A DNA stretch of 63,541 bases, the filler included, from Octopus bimaculoides (taxonomy: Eukaryota), in the NCBI RefSeq assembly GCF_001194135.2. It is 6 parts of 6 records of this genome, joined end to end, with 100 filler letters (N's around TTAATTAATTAA, not from the genome) between each part and the next. Parts side by side here need not be neighbours in the genome. Positions count along the whole stretch, not along the records: positions 47,694 to 52,187 come from NC_068988.1; positions 52,288 to 62,304 come from NC_068985.1; 4 more parts are not named here. One strand, written 5' to 3'. The translations under genes and the position numbers were made by a program. Shown piece after piece: positions 50,633 through 62,271 of the stretch; the first letter of the stretch is position 1; each line of letters begins with the position of its first letter. Under the pieces are notes generated by a model. It saw nothing but the letters and a program-made list of their open reading frames with translations, made no database searches and was not told where the DNA came from.

Positions 50633-51214
50633 NNNNNNNNNNNNNNNNNNNNNNNNNNNNNNNNNNNNNNNNNNNNNNNNNNNNNNNNNNNNNNNNNNNN
50701 NNNNNNNNNNNNNNNNNNNNNNNNNNNNNNNNNNNNNNNNNNNNNNNNNNNNNNNNNNNNNNNNNNNNNNNNNNNNNNNNNNNNNNNNNNNNNNNNNNNN
50801 NNNNNNNNNNNNNNNNNNNNNNNNNNNNNNNNNNNNNNNNNNNNNNNNNNNNNNNNNNNNNNNNNNNNNNNNNNNNNNNNNNNNNNNNNNNNNNNNNNNN
50901 NNNNNNNNNNNNNNNNNNNNNNNNNNNNNNNNNNNNNNNNNNNNNNNNNNNNNNNNNNNNNNNNNNNNNNNNNNNNNNNNNNNNNNNNNNNNNNNNNNNN
51001 NNNNNNNNNNNNNNNNNNNNNNNNNNNNNNNNNNNNNNNNNNNNNNNNNNNNNNNNNNNNNNNNNNNNNNNNNNNNNNNNNNNNNNNNNNNNNNNNNNNN
51101 NNNNNNNNNNNNNNNNNNNNNNNNNNNNNNNNNNNNNNNNNNNNNNNNNNNNNNNNNNNNNNNNNNNNNNNNNNNNNNNNNNNNNNNNNNNNNNNNNNNN
51201 NNNNNNTGATGATG

Positions 51215-51245
<31 letters not shown>

Positions 51246-51422
51246 CGATGATGATGGTGATGATGATGATGATGATGGTGATGATGGTGATGGTGATGAT
51301 GGTGATGATGGTGGTGGTGATGATGATGATGATGATGATGATGACGATGGTGGTGGTGGTGATGGTGATGATGATGATGGTGATGATGGTGATGGTGATG
51401 ATGGTGATGATGATGGTGGTGG

Positions 51423-51463
<41 letters not shown>

Positions 51464-51560
51464 GCGACGGTGATGGGGCTAATCATGATCATGATTATGA
51501 TCATGACGATGACAATGATGAAGACTTTGATGATGACAATGACGACGATGACGTTGATGA
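50160..51560. repeat. (GAT)n/(GGT)n trinucleotide tract spanning a gap
   Basis: Direct inspection; sequence on both sides of the gap is near-identical. Confidence 0.95.
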
Positions 51561-51889
51561 CTATGGTAATGCTGATGGTACTTGTGATAGTTTCCTACAC
51601 TATCATAAAGCAACCAATTTTTTTCCTCAAATCATCCGAAATGATGCCATTCAGCTCTCATGATTCTTTCCGCCACCACACCGAATACGATTAATAACGT
51701 GGGAGACTCCAGCGAGACATTTAACCTGTTAAAAATAGCAACCAAACCATCAGAGAGCCTTCGGCGTTCTTCACACGTACCATACTGTCCTACAAGAAAA
51801 CAAAAAGGAAAAAGGAAAAGCACATTAGATCTTATAGTCCTCGATACACTCTGCCTAGGCTGACCTGCAGTCTAAATACCACCACCAAT

Positions 51890-52187
51890 TGTTTGTTGGC
51901 ACTCCGTCGCTTACGACGTCGAGGGTTCCAGTTGATCCGATCAACGGAACAGCCTGCTCGTGAAATTAACGTGCAAGTGGCTGAGCACTCCACAGACACG
52001 TGTACCCTTAACGTAGTTCTCGGGGATATTCAGCGTGACACAGTGTGACAAGGCTGACCCTTTGAAGTACAGGCACAACAGAAACAGGAAGAAAGAGTGA
52101 GAGAAAGTTGTGGTGGAAGAGTACAGTAGGGTTCGCCACCATCCCCTGCCGGAGCCTCGTGGAGCTTTAGGTGTTTTCGCTCAATAA
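51890..52187 (-). mobile_element. Family-E SINE, head lost in gap
   Basis: 51946-52187 reads identical to 47694-47935. Confidence 0.9.
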
Positions 52188-52287
52188 NNNNNNNNNNNNN
52201 NNNNNNNNNNNNNNNNNNNNNNNNNNNNNNNTTAATTAATTAANNNNNNNNNNNNNNNNNNNNNNNNNNNNNNNNNNNNNNNNNNNN

Positions 52288-52347
<60 letters not shown>

Positions 52348-52768
52348 CATGTGTGTATTTTGCGTTTGTGTTTATGTTCCCCACTACAACCACTTGACTA
52401 CCGATATTGGCTTTTTTCCATATGCCTGGCAAAAAAGATCGATACAATGAGTATTGAACTTTAAAAAGAAATACTGGGGCCGACGTATCTGTCTAAAACC
52501 CTCCAAGGCCCTGCTCCAGCATGAACGCTGTCCAATGACTGAAAGACGTAAAAGATAATAGTTACCGCTGAAGATGTGAAACTAAAGAAAAAAATAAATG
52601 AAAAAATATATAGACAGATGGCTTCATTTGAAGCTGTGTCTTCAAGGTCTTTTGGCTTAGAACAATATTTCAGGTATGATCAATGCACTCGTTTTTAGAT
52701 ATTGATTGCTTATTTATACATAAACTTACATAGAAAGGGATCAGTAGTTCCTATTAGATATAGATTCA

Positions 52769-52822
<54 letters not shown>

Positions 52823-53230
52823 CAGTAGTAGGAAGAGGAGGAGGAGGAGGCATTAATATAAACTCACACGGAATGGGATGAATTTTGGAGTTAATGAAGC
52901 GTTTCCTTGTAGCAGTTTCGTATTAACAAAACGCCACCCATCTGGCGCATTATTATCTTTTGCGGAGTCTACTCGGCTGTAAACATTCGAGACCCTGTCT
53001 ACGGTTTGAGAGCACCTTCCTTCATCCCTTCCACAAGTCTACGTAACGCAGGAAAATGTCACGGCCACTGCTTTTGCTACCTCGCTAAATTTTATCTCCA
53101 TTACAGCTTAATACTGCAATGGAGATAAAATAGGTTTCCTGTATGTCATTTCTTATTAAGTGAACAGAAGTACTTTTAATAGAATATAACAAATGAATTG
53201 CGTAATGGGGCCTATTTATTGGGAGTTTAA

Positions 53231-53440
53231 CCCCTTAGTTTACCATATTTTTGCTGAAATATGCAGCCTTTGTTCCATTTACTATTTAAGATAAAGAATC
53301 TATTAGAATATCTTCATCGTTTTTTTAGCTAGCATTTTTGACATAAATTAGCACGACATTGTGAAGCAAGGTTTCAAGTAAAATCATTTTAAAACAAGGT
53401 GTATGTATCATAGAAACAGGGACTGATTGGATCAAAAGAG
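53231..53440. mobile_element. piggyBac-like MITE (TTAA target duplication)
   Basis: ttaa|ccccttag ... caaaagag|ttaa; 210 bp; decayed CCC/GGG termini. Confidence 0.6.
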
Positions 53441-54930
53441 TTAAATTGCTTTAATTCAATAATGATTCATCATATTTGTACGAAGTATATCAAGGAATAA
53501 GCGGCGAGTAGGCAGATTCGCTTGCGCGTTGGACAAAATGCTAATTGTTATTTCTTCCGGCTCTTTACGTTCCGAGTTCAAATCTCGTAAAGTCAACTCT
53601 CGGGGTCGATAAAATAAGGTACCATTCAAGAGCTAACGCAGATGTGACGGTGTATACATTAGTTTACACCCCCATCCCCCAAAATTAATGGCATTGAACC
53701 CTACAATGGACCGGCGTCCAGTTCAGATATAATGTTGTGATCTCTGTCACATTTAGGCCGCGGAAATCGAGTAACCAACCTTGTAAGTTCAACGGTTCAA
53801 GAAAATAATAATAATAATAATAAAACAAAAACAGAACAATCATAGAGTGAGGATAGTTATTGCTATCATGTTCAAGTTCTGTCTAATAAGCGAACCAAAC
53901 GTAACTGGATAATGACAACTGAACATCATTGACAACATTTAGAAACCAATAGCAGAAAGGAGAATCATTGATAAAGGAAAGAGTAGAAAAGAATATTACA
54001 CAGCTACGAATATAGACTGGGTCATTTGCATTGTTTGGAGTTATTTCAGTTGGCACATGACATCATGACATGGCTACTTTTAAAATACATTGATACAATA
54101 TTTCATGCATTCTTCTTTCTATGCACAAAATCTCTATTGTTTTTCAGTGTGTCAGCGATATAGTTAATTGATTGTTGATCGGTAGTAGTTCTATTTATAT
54201 AATTAGATGTAACTCTCTTAATTGAAGTGTTGAATTTAAGGGACTACGAAGCAAAAAACACACGCAAATACAGACAAGCAGCTCACGCACACAAATGTGC
54301 ACGCACGCACACACACACACGCACACATATGTACATACAAACACAGACACATATATATATATATACATATAATACAAATAATATATGAGTATATGCATAT
54401 ATACGTATATGTATGTACATACCTACATCTACATGTATATATAGATGCAAATCTGGGTACAGGACGTTGCAAAAAGAAAACACACAGGTCACATAGAGAA
54501 CACTTCCTTCATCAGCTGCCACCATTTTAAGACTAAGCGCATATATATATATATNNNNNNNNNNNNNNNNNNNNNNNNNNNNNNNNNNNNNNNNNNNNNN
54601 NNNNNNNNNNNNNNNNNNNNNNNNNNNNNNNNNNNNNNNNNNNNNNNNNNNNNNNNNNNNNNNNNNNNNNNNNNNNNNNNNNNNNNNNNNNNNNNNNNNN
54701 NNNNNNNNNNNNNNNNNNNNNNNNNNNNNNNNNNNNNNNNNNNNNNNNNNNNNNNNNNNNNNNNNNNNNNNNNNNNNNNNNNNNNNNNNNNNNNNNNNNN
54801 NNNNNNNNNNNNNNNNNNNNNNNNNNNNNNNNNNNNNNNNNNNNNNNNNNNNNNNNNNNNNNNNNNNNNNNNNNNNNNNNNNNNNNNNNNNNNNNNNNNN
54901 NNNNNNNNNNNNNNNNNNNNNNNNNNNNNN

Positions 54931-54972
<42 letters not shown>

Positions 54973-55630
54973 CATACACATACACGCGCATCCATCTACC
55001 TATCTACACACACATTATATATACACACATTATACATGCATACACATCTGTATATATACACGTATATTTTATGCCATCGAAGCGTTTTGACTGTTAGTCG
55101 AGGATTGAAAAATTGATTCATAATAGATTTAATTAAGTATGAATGCACTCACCATCATAATATATGAAAAGAATCCAAAACGTCCCAATCAAATTACACT
55201 CGTTTCAATGTCAACTAATTTAACACAAAAGTGATACGCTTGGAGAGGGTCAAAGTGAGTATTCAAGTACATTTTTCTGCAAAAAGTCAGCTAAGTATCG
55301 TACTTGTATCAGTTGTCAATATAAAATAATCTCCAAATCTCATTCAATTTCTGTAGGTGTTCACGTATATTATCCTTGCTATAAATATTGCCTCAACTTT
55401 CCAGAATGCAGTTACGTGAGTTTTGTTTTCAAACGTCTAGTTTAGGTAAGAAGCATCCATACATTCAAACACACACATACACACACACACGCACACACAC
55501 ATACACACACACACATACATACATATATACATTCATACATACATGCATACATACGTACGTACATACAGACATACATACGTATGTACGTACATACATACAT
55601 GCGTACATACATACGTACATACACACACAA

Positions 55631-55661
<31 letters not shown>

Positions 55662-55744
55662 CATAAAAACACCATGCATGCGTATGTTTCCTGAAGACTT
55701 GAAGAAGATAATAACATTGACATATAGCGAAGCCTCTCTTGACC

Positions 55745-56090
55745 ACTACATCACACTTCGAATGCTATGTATTTGCAATCTAAGAACAGGAGATTATTAC
55801 AAAATATCTAATCAACAAAAGAGACATTGAAGCCCTTAGAGCTCCGAGATGGGACCGAAAATGTAGATTATGTGATATTTCTGTGGAAGACATCACGAAT
55901 GTGATTAGCAGCTGCCCAAAAATATCATCAAAGTATTATCTCCCCATGCGACATGACATTGTCGCAAAATCAATATACAATGCCATTCATATAAAAATGA
56001 CTGTCCTGGAATAAACACTGAGAGTCCCCCTGTTATTGAATATGTACACATGTACACAAATATCACCACAAGGTGAGTTCACTATTAATA
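55745..56090 (+). mobile_element. REL-type LINE fragment (CCHC zinc-knuckle region)
   Basis: QEIITKYLINKRD...DRKCRLCDISVEDITNVISSCPKISSKYYLPMRHDIVAKSIYN. Confidence 0.85.
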
Positions 56091-56717
56091 AATCACCCTT
56101 GATTTCTTTTGCTAAAATGCCGGCGACAAAAATAAACTCTGGATCCACCCCACCCCATCCCATATAGTTCGTGAATTTAGAAGGTTTAGATTTGCGATAC
56201 TATCCCTTTATTTCCCATCGTAGATGAGCAGATTTGCTATCTTAATATAATAGGTGTAATGTACGTCTATCTGTCTGCTTGTCTGTCTCTTTGTCAGTTA
56301 CCTCTTTACGGCCAGACGGCTGAACCAATGGTTACGATATTTTATGGGGTTACAAAGATTGTCGCCAGGAAGGGTTTTAGCATTAAAAAATCAGAAGGTA
56401 TGATTATTTCATGGATATCAATTTTTGAATTGGTAAACCACCCACACATTTTTATTAAAAATCACCGACCACAAAAAACTCTGGATTTTCATCGTTTAGT
56501 TCTTGGCCCCATCATAAATATGAACGGGGTCGCAAAGGCGGTTAAAGGCGAAAATAAAAAGGAAAAAGTGTGTGTCAGCATATAGTGTGTGTGATTATTT
56601 AGTGGTTATTGAAATGTATCAGTCTCGAGCAGGATTCCAAACAGCTAATCGAAGCGGCTGCTCATTATTTACATTATTAATATTTGACGGATATTTGTCC
56701 TCGTCTTGTTTGTTGTT

Positions 56718-56763
56718 AACACAACGTTTCGGTTGATATACCCTCCAGCCTTCATCAGGTGTT
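56718..56763 (-). ncRNA. Minimal type-I hammerhead motif in the family-F tail
   Basis: aacac-CTGATGA-a-ggctg[gagggtatat]caacc-GAAA-cg-TT-gtgtt; palindromic AACGUU helix III. Confidence 0.7.
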
Positions 56764-56958
56764 TTGGGGGAAATTTCGAACCTGGGTTCTCATTCCTAAG
56801 GTATTTTTCGATATTGTTGTTGTTGTTGTTGTTATCATTATTATTATTATTCAGGTCACTGCCTGGAATCAAACTCGAAATCTTGGGGTTAGTAGCCCGC
56901 GCCTCTAACCACTACGCCATACTTTGGGAATTAGAACTCAGATTTGAAAATTCCCCAA

Positions 56959-57004
56959 GACACTTGATGAAGGCTGGAGGGTATATCAGCCGAAACGTTG
57001 TGTT
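56959..57004 (+). ncRNA. Minimal type-I hammerhead motif (C3U variant) in the inverted family-F arm
   Basis: gacac-TTGATGA-a-ggctg[gagggtatat]cagcc-GAAA-cg-TT-gtgtt; helix II has 5 perfect bp. Confidence 0.65.
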
Positions 57005-58311
57005 AACATCAAACAAGATGAGGACAAATATCCGTCAAATGTAAATAATGTAAATAATTCCTCATCTATTAAATATAGAACTGAAGCGGCTGCTGTCTAC
57101 GTTTCAGTTTTTTCAATCAAAATAACCCATGGTACCAGAACATTCTGACATTATTCGCATAGAACAGGAGAGGTAAGTCTTAGTTTGATTTTTTGCAACC
57201 CTAAAGATTTCGCTCGTGCATTCATAGCAAACAAAGCACAGGGCCAGACTTTAGATCGTGTTGGTGTATTTTTACCCACTCCGATGTTTGCACACGGCCA
57301 GTTATGCGTCGCTATGAGTAGAGCGACGGAATCCAGTAATTTGAAAATTAGTGTCGACCAAACAGAAAATATCGTTTACAAAGAAGTTTTCTAATCATAT
57401 TGATATAATCGAAAGGAATTTGATTCATTATTTAAATAAGGAAATTTATGTGAAATTTAATGTATAAGAGTATAAACAAGCGTAAAATAATGTAAACAAC
57501 TAAAATAAAAGTATATTTAAATAACATTCTTTTCTTAATACGTTTTATGTAGTGGTCGAAAGAAGGTCCGGCTTTCGTTAAGAGTGGTCCACATAATCGT
57601 TCATAATACAGAGGCTGGGAGCCTATTTCAACTCGGGAGTGAATCGTCATCACATATCACTTAGTTGCAAACACGATATATTGCTGTAATAAACTGCTGT
57701 ATTACCAACAATAATGTGATTTTTCTATGACCCAGTAATCTATCAAGTCTATTTACACATTTCTCAATACATACTGCTGTTATGACTTCCCTGCCTCATT
57801 TTATGCCTCCATTGTAGATGGGTAGATTTTCTAGTATATAATGATATGTAAATGTAAGATCGAAAGGATCAGGGTGTAGAAAGTTAGTAAGCTCGTGCAC
57901 ACCGTAGAAGGTATAAAAAAAATCTTTCAAGGACAGTAGCTGTTTATTGACGTAAAGGTTGTATGCGAATAAAAATCCAAAATTATGGAATGGAGCAGAT
58001 AAAAGCCATCCTACATTCGTTTCATAGCTATCAGAAACTTGGAAGTAGTAATTACTTAAACATGGGATAATCCGCTAGCTACAGGTCGGACCAAAGATAG
58101 CTCAGTCAAATAAAGGTTACATTGTCGTCAAGAGATCCCATGTTAACTCGCATATTCCTCTCTCAGATTTTTACATTTACGCAGCGATCCTTCAGTTTTC
58201 ATAAGTCTTGTAAAAGAACTCGTAACTTCAACCAGGCCTTTCACGATACCTTTAAAGCTAGGAACTTTTCAGCGTGCATCCTATATTTGTATGTGTGTGT
58301 GTACACATATC

Positions 58312-58344
<33 letters not shown>

Positions 58345-59224
58345 ACGTATGTATGTACGTGTGTATGTATGTCATTATTCAATTTTATTTCAAGATTTCT
58401 TGCCAAAAGAGAAAGACCCGGTTTCTAACATGGAACCAAGCCTCAAGCAACAGGATATTTTTGTATGTATGTATGTACGTATGTATGTATGTATGTATGT
58501 ATGTATGTATGTGTATGTATGTGAGTGTGTATGTACACACACATATATGTGTATACTTATACACATAAATATATACACATATGAATGTGTGTATGTGTAC
58601 ATGTATGTAAGAAGTTGCTTTGACGGCTTTGTATTTACGAAAGTTTCTCGACTCGTCAAAGTTGTTTATATCTAAGTTGTTATGCTTTAACATTTCACTG
58701 CTTCGTTCAGTCCATTTGTAATTAGTTTCGTTAAATCAGTTATAACTCTTGAAACATTGAGGAACATCTCTTTACTTTACATCCAGCTTTCTCTCATCTA
58801 CTTGTATCAACAGATTTATCAATCCATACTGTTCTCCTATCGATACGCATCCCCGTTGTATCAATGAAATCAATGAGAAACCGAAAATCTGATAAAGTTT
58901 AATAGCATTAACAAACACACAGCTTATCAATTTAAAGACATTTACTGCGTACGTGAGTTTCCTAATTAATTAACCAGTGAATATTCATTCTTCACCAAAT
59001 TAGATATAAATCCAGCCACCATGCAATAAACTTTCAAGCAAATATTCCAAATAGATCACGATTACTTACAGTCGAACATGTTTTTATTATGTTGTTCCTT
59101 GCAGAGATTGTTTCTGTATACTCTAACCATTCTTGTGGTTGGCATTCCTATAGGTTTGATTCACATGTGCTGTTATATAAAGTGTGTCTTCAGTGGACGT
59201 AGCTCTTTCTTTTGTAGTATTTGC

Positions 59225-59880
59225 AAAGGTGGCGAATTGGTGTGGTCATTGTGCGTCGGACAAAATACTGAACAGCATTTCTTTCGGCTCTTTACTTTCT
59301 GAGTTCAAATCACCCTAATGTCAACTTAACCTTTCATCTTTTCGGAATAAGTAAAATAAAGAACCAGTCAAACTGAGATTGATGTAATCAACTAACTCCT
59401 TTCCCGAAAATCGCTAGCCTTGTGCCGAAATTGTAACGATTTTGCCATGCAGAGTATGTTGAAATGCTAACTGAATCATATGCTGGTACATTGTAGTGCC
59501 CTTCATTTCTGTAAGTGAAATGCTGTCGCAGGGTTAAAGAAATAAAATAAGAAACAATGGGTCGAATAGTTCTTCATATAATTCTATATCAGCAATACTA
59601 AAATAAGAGATTTATAGTGGTCTTCTCTGCCACTGAGCATTTTCTCCGGCGTGCTAACGATTCCACCATCTCGCTCCCTGAGAAGTAAAATGATATTGGG
59701 TTCAAATTCTTGCACAAGGCCAGCAATTTAAAGGGAGTGGGTAAGTCGGTTACATCGATCCAAGTGTTCAACTGGTACTTAATTTATTGACTCCGAAAAG
59801 ATCAAAGGCATTTGATCAAAGGAATTTGAATTCTCTAAGCATTTTACCCGGCGTGCTAACGATTTTGCCAGCTCGACACC
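59225..59880. mobile_element. Decayed family-B SINEs (one plus, then two minus)
   Basis: ttctgagttcaaatc at ~59298; gcgtgctaacgatt at ~59650 and ~59851. Confidence 0.7.
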
Positions 59881-60232
59881 CTAATGTTACTTTTTATGTT
59901 GAAACACATTTTTTGAACATTAGGATATTCATCTTCCAAAGCTATTAACTTTAATTTAGCTTTTATTCCCAACCCAGAGTTCCATTCAAATCTTTTCAAA
60001 TTTAATCTCTTATTAAATTAAAAGTATAAAGAGAGAATACGGTTTATTTCCTACAATACTTTTCGGAACTGCTAAATCATTTGTTTGTTTTCTCAGTTTT
60101 TTTTCTCTCTTTGTATCAGTATTATTCACCCTTTTGATTTTCATGTAGACTTTACTTTGACGTCAGTGCATTTTAAAAATAGCGATGTATTTTAATGTCA
60201 AACATATATCAATCTAATGTTTTTATATTTTC

Positions 60233-60501
60233 ATCTTTTACTTGTTACAGTCATTAGACTGCGTTCATACTAGGGCACAACCTTAAGGAATTTTAGTCGA
60301 ACGAATCGATCCCATCACTTGTATTTTTTTAATGCTTGGAACTTATTCTGTTGTTCTCTTTCGCCGAATCGCTAATGTTACGGTGACGTATACGAACCAA
60401 CACCGGGTGTCAAGCAGTGGTGGGAGCAAGCACAAAAATATAGACACTCAGGGGCGTGCGCACATGCATGCACACACACACATACATACATACATAAATA
60501 C

Positions 60502-60548
<47 letters not shown>

Positions 60549-60700
60549 AGGCTTCCTTCAGTTTCTGTTTGCTTACTCCGCTCAGAGTACTTTGGTCGGC
60601 CCGGGGCTATAGGAGTAGACACTCGCTCTAGGTGCCATACAGAGCGACTGCTTCTGGAACCAAGTGGTTGGGAAGCAAACTTCTTACCGCACAGCTATGC
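60233..60700 (-). mobile_element. Family-A composite SINE, diverged
   Basis: All modules recognisable. Confidence 0.8.
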
Positions 60701-60714
60701 AGTACTTTCAAGAA

Positions 60715-60820
60715 GTACTGCATGGCTGTACTACGCCATATGCTCACGAGCATATGGCGTAGCAGTTAAGAGTGCGGGCTACTAACTCCAAGATTTCGAG
60801 TTCGACTCCAGGCAGTGACC

Positions 60821-60854
<34 letters not shown>

Positions 60855-61000
60855 CAACAACAACAACATCGAAAAAATACCTTAGGAGTGAGAACCCAGG
60901 TTCAAAATTTCCCCAAGACACCTGATGAAACATTGTGTTAACAACAAACAAGATGACAAATATCCGTCAAATATAAATAATGTAAATAATGTAAATAAGG
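60715..61000 (+). mobile_element. Second family-F element: inverted 5' duplication, hammerhead helix II deleted, 9-bp TSD
   Basis: tttcaagaa at 60706-60714 and 61001-61009; A box tggcgtagcag, B box gagttcgactcc (60798-60809); gacac-ctgatga-aacattgtgtt at 60917-60938. Confidence 0.8.
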
Positions 61001-61661
61001 TTTCAAGAACTAAACAAAATAAGTTAGACGAATTTTAACGTATTTCTTATTTTATTCTGTCCATTTAATCGTTATAGTACAATTTAACAGAATAACTCCT
61101 AAATGAACTGCCTCGGTTGACGAATTTTGTTTATCTTCGTATGGTCTTTAGCAATGGAATGAAAATAGAACTACCTGGATTGTTCCGATGTGATGGTGGA
61201 AGATTTCTACTCTTAAGGAATGACACGACTCAGGATTTTCCCACCTAAGCAATACCATATTGTTTCCATTGCTGCATACCTCAGTAACATGAGAGACGTA
61301 TGCATCACTTGTTTCAGTCACTGGACTGTGTCAATGCTGGGATCCACGCTTTGAAGGGACTTAATCGATTTAATCGATTCCAATACTGATTTTCAAGCGT
61401 GGAACTTATTATGTCGCCACTTTTCCTGAATCACTAGGTTAGAGGAGCGTAAACAAACTAGCATCTATTATCAAACATACATACACATACACAGGGCATC
61501 GGCATTTTCTATCCAAAGGAGTTCTTTATCCCAATATTTAGCTTCATACGATGTCCCTCGAGAGCCAATATTCCCTACAACAAAAAAAGAATACACGAAC
61601 ACTCACATTCACACACACTCACACACACGTATGTATATATGTATATATGTATGTATGTATG

Positions 61662-61693
<32 letters not shown>

Positions 61694-61972
61694 GATACAT
61701 GCATACATAAATAGATATGTATATAAATACATATATGTGTGTGTGCACGCGCGCGCGCTTTGCATGTGTGTGTATAAATATATATATCACGCAGAGGGAG
61801 CGCTAAGCAGTGATAAATGAAATTGATATGTTATCGTCAGTCCAAATATGCTTGCTGCATATTCAAAATGGAGAAGAAATTACTCACTGTGTTTTGTCAC
61901 GGAGAATATATCTCGCTCGTCGATAAACGATGTGTATACACCTAAATCAGCTCTCAGCGCCTCCAACGTAGA

Positions 61973-62020
61973 CTATGAAATGTTAACATTTCGGAGTAGT
62001 TATCTTCTCATCGGTCACAG
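61973..62020 (-). ncRNA. Minimal type-I hammerhead motif (U4C variant, AUU triplet)
   Basis: ctgtga-CCGATGA-gaag[ataacta]ctcc-GAAA-tgttaaca-TT-tcatag; 6-bp helix I, 10-nt palindrome AUGUUAACAU. Confidence 0.65.
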
Positions 62021-62223
62021 ACTCTAAGCAGATGGCACTGCAAGCTGAATTAAGAGATTACCTCTCTTATGCTTTTCCAATCACCGTACGATGAGTGGCA
62101 ACGCTATACGGCAGCTCAGCGTAAGTAAATTACGGGAGGGGAGCAGTAAGCACTGATAAGTGAAATTACTATGTTGTTATCAGTTCGAATATGCTGACCA
62201 GCTCGCAGCGCCACCTACATAGG

Positions 62224-62271
62224 CTATAAGATGTTAACATTTCGGAGTAGTTGTCTCCTCATCGGTCACAG
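62224..62271 (-). ncRNA. Minimal type-I hammerhead motif (U4C variant, AUC triplet)
   Basis: ctgtga-CCGATGA-ggag[acaacta]ctcc-GAAA-tgttaaca-TC-ttatag; perfect 4-bp helix II. Confidence 0.75.

Larger units (their letters stand above)
56663..57082 (-). mobile_element. Family-F element: tRNA-headed SINE with hammerhead tail, inserted as an inverted dimer with 12-bp TSD
   Basis: TSD gaagcggctgct at 56651-56662 and 57083-57094. Minus copy has A box tggcgtagtgg (56909-56919) and B box (56865-56876). A plus-strand partial copy runs 56926-57082. Confidence 0.85.
56240..57394 (+). mobile_element. Internally deleted Helitron: A|TC 5' end and PIF1 helicase C-terminal fragment; 3' end uncertain
   Basis: 5' a|tcttaatataat...ctgtc...ttacctctttacggccagacggctgaacc is Helitron-like. 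ANKAQGQTLDRVGVFLPTPMFAHGQLCVAMSRAT...TENIVYKEVF* (57233-57394) matches the T-I-N-KSQGQT...F-x-HGQLYVA-x-SR...VYKEV motif. Confidence 0.8.

Noticed and set aside
50077-51694. Long poly-Asp/Met/Ile ORFs (also 21009-22416, 43398-44598 and others)
   Set aside because: They are translations of trinucleotide microsatellites and N gaps, with no complex coding sequence
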